Assembly: GCF_963921235.1 (NCBI RefSeq)
Contig: NC_086108.1
Location: forward strand, 47,556,001-47,620,000
Direction: 5' to 3'
Length of the DNA: 64,000 nt
From: Mobula hypostoma
Taxonomy: Eukaryota
Positions 56,738-64,000 of this stretch are shown piece by piece. Under the pieces are notes generated by a model, which was given only the letters and a program-made list of their open reading frames with translations, searched no databases and was not told the origin of the DNA. Numbering within the stretch: position 1 is the stretch's first letter; each line of letters opens with the position of its first letter. Made by a program: the position numbers and the translations under genes.

Positions 56738-59115
56738 TGATGTCATTGAATGCTGTGTGATTGCCCTCAGCATTGAACCAGTGGGTTGTGTGTTTAAGTC
56801 TGCGCTGGTATGGATGCTGCCAGGGTGGAGCGGTGGTGTGCCTCCATGGGGTTACCAGTAACTAATGCATGTGTGTTGAGTAGGGTAGATATTCCTACTC
56901 CAGTTGAATTGGTAATTCGCCTGTTAAGTACTGTTGAAGTTGTCAGCAAAGTTATGATTGCGGGGCAGAAGTTTGATAAAATGGCAGGCACAGACCTCAT
57001 TTTACTGTAGACTAGCACTGATGTAATGGTAGTGGAGCTGTCCGGTACTATAGGTGCCCCAGGTGAGGCAGGGCCAAGGACTGTCCATAATTCCAGGGAG
57101 GAGGAGTGTGTAGCAGAGCGGGCCGATTCACAAGTTGAGTTTCCCGTAGCTGTGGGCAGAGACTTCAAAGACAGGGTTCTCTCGTTTCTGAGGAGTGAGG
57201 GGAAGGAGTGGTCGGATTTGGAATGTATAGTTATTCCCCGTCCCCCAGTGCAGAGTGAGAGTTCTGAGTTGGCATCAGCCCTTACCTCCCTGGTGAATAA
57301 GTGGCCCAGTGCACAGGCACAGGGTCCCCACCAGAAGCTAAGAATATTCTTTGGAGTAACGTCCACCCCCGGGGGGGAAGAGGAGCATGAGATGGGCAGA
57401 GCAGACCTCGCAGTTGTTAGATGAGTGGCAGTGCTCTGATGATGTAAAGCGACAGAGATTGGTTGAGAGTTTGAGGGGGCAGGCTGCTGACATGGTGAGA
57501 GCTGTGAAAACCCAGTACCCCCTACCTAACACTGCCGCTTACATGTGAGCACTGGAAAATGCATTTGGTACAACAGGAAGCCCAATGGAGCTCAAGATGG
57601 GGTTTTAGAACATGCGGCAGGAGAAGGGGGAGAAGCTTTCTGCCTACATCTCTCGGCTAGAGAGGCAGCTAAGCTGTTTGTGGCGCAGTGGGGTCATTCA
57701 GGCGGCTGAGGTGGATCAGTTAAGAATGGACCAGATAGCAAAGGACGCCCAGTCTCAGGACCTGATCGCTTGGGGTCTCCAACTATCTCGTAAGACATGC
57801 CCCCTCTTTTGTTGAGCTGATCAGAGAGGTACGGGAGGAGAAGAACACGTCGAGATGCGGGAGGGCTCCGTCAGCAGGATACAGTCCTCGGAAGTAACCC
57901 CTTGTGGTGAAGTGACCACGGCTAGCCCAACCTGGGGAGTGGTAAAGGAGGTCGTGGCCGAGTTGAGAACTGAGATGTCCCGGTTGTTAACAGCGGGTGT
58001 GGTCCCCCCATATGATGGGACTGATAGAGAGGCGGATCCCCTAAGGGGACACTTCAGGCGGGAGTGTGAGCGGCGGGAAGCCCCTTGGAGAGTGAGCCCC
58101 TGGGTACCTAAGCACACAGAGATGTCGGGAAACTTAGAGGAGACCCAGTGAGGGAACGGCCTGGTGTTACTGGGGGAACATGTTCCCAGCAATATACCAA
58201 GGAACCCCCGAAAGCGAAAGACCATATTCCTGCAGGCTTAGTGGGGCCATACTCCAGTGTATCACTATGGATAGCTGGTATTTATGCTAAAGCCATACTT
58301 GACGCTGGGTTGCAGGTCTCTTTGCTGTACCATTAATTTTACAACCAGCATCTGACGCATTTCCCATTGAAACCATTCAGGGGTCTTAGTGCTGGTGATT
58401 ATCCATACGATGGTTATTTGTCAGTGAACCTGGAGTTTTCAGAGGCCGATACGGGAGTGTCTGAGGTCCTTGATACATTAGTGCTGGTTTGTCTGGACCC
58501 CGTTGAGACCGGCAGCATTTCAATTCTGGTGGGGACCAACACCCCTCTTGTGAAGAGGCTCATGGGGGCCTGCAAGGAGAAGACTGGCGAGAGCTTTCTG
58601 GGAACATTGTCCGTGCACCCGGTGTTTCGACTGCTTTTGAGGAAGTGCGGGGCTGCATTGGGCCGGATACCAAACTTAGATGAGAGACTGTGTGGTTCAC
58701 CCAGTCAAAGCCAATCATGTTACGGCCCGAGAAAGTAGCGAGAGTGATGGGACTCCCAAATTTGCTGGAATGCTTGAGGGTGAGGCCCTCTTAGTGGACG
58801 CTCTGGAAGACCACGAGGAGCAGTCAGGATTACCTGCTAGGGTACTGGTGAGGCCCGATTGTAGAAGCCCTCGGTTGTACAGGTGAACAGGATGGCAGTG
58901 ATTGTCAAGAACACTGTGAAGAGAGAGGTCACTTTCAAGTGGAGGATGCCCCTGGCACATCTGTTCCCGGTGACAGTAATGTCTAGCGTCCTGGTAAGAC
59001 AAGCCGGGGAGAAATCCTCTGTAAAGGGGAACAAGTTGACCGCTAAGACATTCAATGTTGGGGACTCCCCTGTTCCTGCGGGTTGGAAGAGGAGGTTGGT
59101 AGAGAAGATGTTGAA

Positions 59116-62100
59116 GGGGACTTCTGCCTGCTGCTTAATGGAGTAACACACAATTTCTGTGGCTGCGTTTAATTCTTCCTTTTCCCCAGTTTAAACTCTG
59201 AATTTTTAACTTTTATTTATTCTTACTTGTCATTATGTCACAATCTTTAAGAAGTGGAAAGCAGCTTTCTGAATCCAGCAATGGAAAGGGAAAAGCTTCG
59301 AAAGAAAAATCAGAAGATATGCCTGTCTGGGCTGAGCGTTTAGAACATGCGTTGATGGCTCTCGACAAGAAAATAGATAATAACACTTCTGAGATGAAGT
59401 CGTTTCGACAGAGTTTTCAGTTCGTAGAGGAAAATATTATTTCCTTGAATTCTGAGCTTAAAGAGTTGAAGCGTCAGATAGCAGATATTTCAGCCCGCTT
59501 GGAACAGTCTCAATGCAAGATTATTGACCTGGAAGCAACATCTAGTCGGAATAACATTCGAATTGTTGGACTGAAGGAAGGATCTGAGAGTGGGGATTTA
59601 TTGGACTATTTTGCTAATTTGTTTCAATCTCTGCTTCCAGACATTCTAGCTCAGCCTCCCGATATTGAAAGAGCGCATAGAATTTTCACTTCGAAATCTC
59701 AAGATCCAAATACACCAAGGTCAGTTTTGGTCAGTTTTCTTCATTTCAGAGTTAAAGACCAGATCATAAAATATGCAAGGAAACACAGAGTTCTTAAATT
59801 CAAGGGTTCTGAGGTTTGTTTTTATGAAGACTACCCATGGGAAGTTATGGAACAGCAGTTCAAATTCGTTCCAGCTATGAAGATAGCCCATGATAAGGGA
59901 TTATTCCCATCACTTCGCTATCCAGCCCAATTAAAATTATTTCCTAAAGATTCGACTCCATGAGTTCTTTTGGATCCCAAAGTGGCAATGGACTATGTTA
60001 ATTCTATTTTGGAGGTGGCCGAGGTTTCAATGGTATTAGGTCTGCTGAATAATTTTCTGAATGAAAACAAGCTTTGAAGATTTCTGATATGTTGAAGATG
60101 TCCTTTGATTGATGGGACATTTAAAGAAGATGTGAACTTCTTGATTTGACTGATGAATGACTTCTCCGAAATCTGATTGGTATACTGAGTGAATTAACAC
60201 AGTGGACAGATTGTTAAATAGTTCGATTATTTGTTTTTATCCTTCCTTTTCTTCATTAATTAAGTGAAAGTTTTCATAGTTTATAAGGACTCTTTCTTAT
60301 ATACATAGCGAGGAGTGCTTAGTACATGTTTGTAGATAGATAATTAGTCTGTTTTTTTTCTAAAAAGTTTTTTTATTGGGCAGTAAGTCAAAGGGATAAT
60401 GGTGCTGATTTTTCTTCATTAGAGATTACATAGACATTTTTCTTTTTGTTTAGGTTTAATTTTATTCTATTGAAGTCTTTGGAGATTGATTTTTCATTCC
60501 CACTTTATTTTAATGATTAAGCATAAACATCTTTTTTTCTCTCTGTTGGGCTTTCTTATTTTAGAGCCGTGTTTTTTGTGGGGGTGGGAATTAAGGAAAG
60601 CTTTTAAAGTCATGATTATAATTTAGGCAGCTCACGGAGTTCTGTTTCTTTTTTCTTTTTCTATGGGGACGCATTCCGGCTTTTTTTTCTTTGCCAGATT
60701 TCTGGCTTTTGGGGTGGTGGGAGGATTCGGGTTAGTTTCAAAATATAGTTTTCATTGTAGGATTAATTTCATTTTTTCCAGTTTTTTTTTCTTATTGCAT
60801 TTTTTCCCATTATGGAGTTCCAGAGCATGCATGTTTTCTATATGGTTATACTTATCACCGCCATTTTTGATTAGCCAACGTTGGTATGCGTGTATCTATG
60901 TGTTAAAAAATATATTTTATAGTTAAACAGATAAACGTTATTAGTTGGAACGTACGTGACTGGAATCATCCTATTAAGCGAAAGAAGACTTTTAAAATTA
61001 TTAATCGACTCCAACCCAATATAATTTTTGCTCAAGAAACGCATATCAGAACGGGCGATCAAAATAGATTTTTTAAAATGTGGAAGGGCCTTCAATATCA
61101 TGCCACTTGTCAAAATAAAACAAAGGAAGTATCTATTTTTATGAAATCTAATATTTTATTTATCCAAGAAGACATTGTGTCAGATACTAATGGTAGATTT
61201 TTAATTGTCAAAGGAACAATTTGTAATAGAAAAATTGTCCTGGTTAATCTATATGGACATCCTTCTTTTTAAAAACGTATTTGGTTTATTGCCAGATTTA
61301 AATGAATATTTGTTGTTAATGGGTGGTGATTTTAACTGTTGTTTAAATCCTTTGATTGACAAGAGTTCAACCAATCAGCGGCTTCCGAGTTGTTCAGCAT
61401 CACCTATCAACTCTTTTTTAAATCGATTATGGTTTGATTGAAATCTGGAGACATCTACATCCTAATGACAGAGATTATTCCTTATATTCACATGTTCACA
61501 AAAAATATTTGAGAATCGTTTATTTCATAGCTGATTTCTGATTTTTGTCCAAAGTCCAGAAATGTGAATATGACACTATCGTTGTTTCGGATCATGCGCC
61601 TTTAAGCTTAACTTTTGAATTGAATGATGTCGGTATTGCAAACTTGCCTCGGCGTTTTCCAGAAAATTTATTACAAAGTTCAGACTTCGTCAAATTTATT
61701 GAGACTCAGATAAAAGATTTTTTTCTTTTTAACAATACGGGAGATGTGTCGAAATTGATTATATGGGATACATTTAAAGCATATTTGCGAGGTCAGATAA
61801 TCTCCTAGTTAACTAAACTTAAAAAACAGACAAAAATAAAGCTAGATAAGATTTCAAAACAAATTAAAGACTTGGATAATATTTATGCAATTTCTCCTAA
61901 CATTGATTTATTTAAACAAAGGGTTGAACTTCAATCACAATATAATTTACTATTAACTTATCCTATTGAAAGAAATTTGCTTAAATTGAAAAGTTAATTT
62001 TATGTGTTTGGATATAAAAATAATAAGCTATTAGCATCCCAATTAAAGGCAGCTAGAGCTAAAAGACAAATTTTAAAAATTCATAAGGGAGACAGTAGTT

Positions 62101-64000
62101 TAGATTGTAATTATGAAGACATTAATAAAATTTTTCAAGACTTTTACATTGAACTTTATAAATCTCAGTTTCCAGCTGATCCTTCTCAAATGAATGCCTT
62201 TTTACAAAAGATTGATCTTCCTAGAATATCTGTTGAAGATCAACAAACTCTTGATACTCCTATTACTGAAAAAGAAATTCAGAAAGCTATTCTTTCAATG
62301 CAATCTGGTAAAGCTCCTGGATTGGATGGTTTTTTTGTAGGATTTTTATGAAAAATTTGAAAAATTGCTTTCTCCATACATGTTGGAAACACTTAAAGAT
62401 TATTTTTTGTTAGGAGAGTTACCTCCCACATTTTATGAAGCTTCTATTTCATTATTAAATGTGGATGCTAAAATTCTTTCAAAAATAATGGCTAATTGAC
62501 TGGAGAATATTCTAGCTAAAATTATCTCTCAGGATCAAACAGGTTTTGTAAAGGGCCGTTATTCCTTCTCTAATACTCGGAGACTGTTAAATGTTATATA
62601 CCCATCCTTTTCTAAGACTCCCCAATGTGTTGTTTCTCTTGATGCTGAAAAGGTATTTGATAGAGTTGAATGGAAATACTTATTTAACGTCTTAGAGAAA
62701 TTCAGCTTTGGTACTAATTGTAATAAGTGGATTAGAATGATATATAAAAGCCCTATTGCTACTGTTATTACTAATAATTGTAGATCTCCTTTTTTTCGAC
62801 TTTCACGGGGTACGAGACAAGGATGTCTGTTAAGTCCCCTGCTGTTTAAGTTGGTGTTGGAACCCTTGGCCATTGCACTTCGTGAAGCTAAAGACATCCA
62901 TGGAATTTCCATAAATGGGACTATTCTTAAGATCTCCCTTTATGCCGATGATCTCTTCATTTATGTTTCGAATCCTGAAGAATCCATTCCTAGTTTACTG
63001 AAATTATTAAATGAATTTGGAAAGTTTTCAGGATATAAACCAAACCTTCATAAAAGTGAATTACTTCCTCTAAATGATTTTGCTTTGATATATGATGACA
63101 CCCTTTTTAAAGTTACGGACTCTTAAATATTTAGGTATTATTATCACTAAAAATTACAGAGACCTTTATAGAGCTAATTTGGTTCCTTTAGTGGATTTTA
63201 TGAAGCAATTATTTCGTAGATGGAGTCCACTCACACTTTCGTTAGCTGGCCGAATTCATGCAGTTAAAATGATGATTCTACCAAAACTTTTATATGTATT
63301 TCAAAATATTCCTATTTTTTTAACTAAGAAGTTTTTTGAACAGGTTGATTCTATTATTTCATCTTTTGTTTGGAATAATAAAAGACCAAGAATTGGGAAA
63401 TATCATTTACAAAAATTAAAAAAGGATGGAGGTCTTGCTCTGCCTAATACTAATGGGCTGTTAATATACATTATATGTGTTCTTGGTTATACTGGGCTGA
63501 TAGAAATGAATGAGCATCTTGGGTTGATTTGGAATTGAAAGCTGTGAAGCAATTTTACTTAACTTTGTTATTAGGAGCTTTTTTATCTGTACAACTGGCC
63601 AAAATTTCTAATCTAAATTTATATCCTACGATTAAGCATTCATTACAAATTTTGTACCAGTTTCATAATTTTTTTTAATCTCAAAAAATTTAACCTTCTT
63701 AGTTTAATCTATCGAAATTATTTATTTAAACCTTCACTAAGTGATCCTACCTTTTCTCTTTGGAGGAATAAACGAGTCTATTCCTTCATGGATCTGTTCC
63801 AAGAACGCCGATTGATGTCTTTTGAGAAATCAGTAACTAAATATTCTCTCTCGTACTCACATTTCTGACAAGAATATTTAAGTAATTTTGAATATATACA
63901 GGATTCTGACCTGTTAGACATTATTTTAAAAATGAATCCTTTAGTGAAAGGTTTTCTTGGGAAAATTTATAATTATCTATTACAACAGTACAATTATCCT
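59116..64000 (+). mobile_element. L1-clade LINE with its 5' end (5' UTR, ORF1 59235-59963, T-rich spacer, degenerate ORF2 from ~60900), running off the window
   Basis: ORF1 DLEATSSRNNIRIVGLKEG..IERAHR; ORF2 ISWNV, GGDFNC, SDHAP, GKAPGLDGF, LDAEKVFDRVEW, RGTRQGCLLSP, LYADD; ORF2 has stops and frameshifts. Confidence 0.93.

Larger units (their letters stand above)
56163..59115 (+). mobile_element. Gypsy/Ty3 LTR retrotransposon 5' part (LTR, PBS, PNMA-like gag, protease), degenerate, interrupted by L1
   Basis: LTR TGTAAC...GTTACA at 56163-56715; gag KLRIFFG..GEEE..EWQCSDDVKRQRLVESLRG, QEKGEKLSAYISRLE; protease AILDAGLQVS. Confidence 0.9.

Noticed and set aside
56810..57424. Domesticated PNMA-like host gene
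   Set aside because: It has in-frame stops and frameshifts and sits directly behind an LTR and PBS, so it is a decaying retrotransposon.

Overview
Vertebrate genomic DNA, most likely from a cartilaginous fish (inferred from Deu-domain SINEs, V-SINE/HE1-like SINEs, and abundant CR1 and Penelope-like elements). The window lies inside the TRMT1L gene (tRNA methyltransferase 1-like) on the minus strand. Nine coding exons (1321 bp) between 55899 and 3063 have canonical GT-AG junctions and splice in frame; the 5' and 3' ends of the gene lie outside the window. The introns are dominated by nested transposable elements: CR1, L1, RTE and Rex1/Babar LINEs, Penelope-like elements (PLEs), hAT, Tc1 and Tigger-type DNA elements, a PNMA-type Gypsy element, and a decayed env-bearing endogenous retrovirus. 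The most notable observations are: (1) a family of minimal type I hammerhead ribozymes at PLE termini, with two identical intact copies in the sense orientation of the TRMT1L pre-mRNA; (2) a 1023-aa chimeric PLE-RT/CR1-RT ORF followed by a re-initiated GIY-YIG ORF, created by a nested insertion; (3) a two-LTR ERV relic with a tRNA-Gln PBS and an env immunosuppressive domain. All family assignments come from by-eye motif recognition, not database searches.
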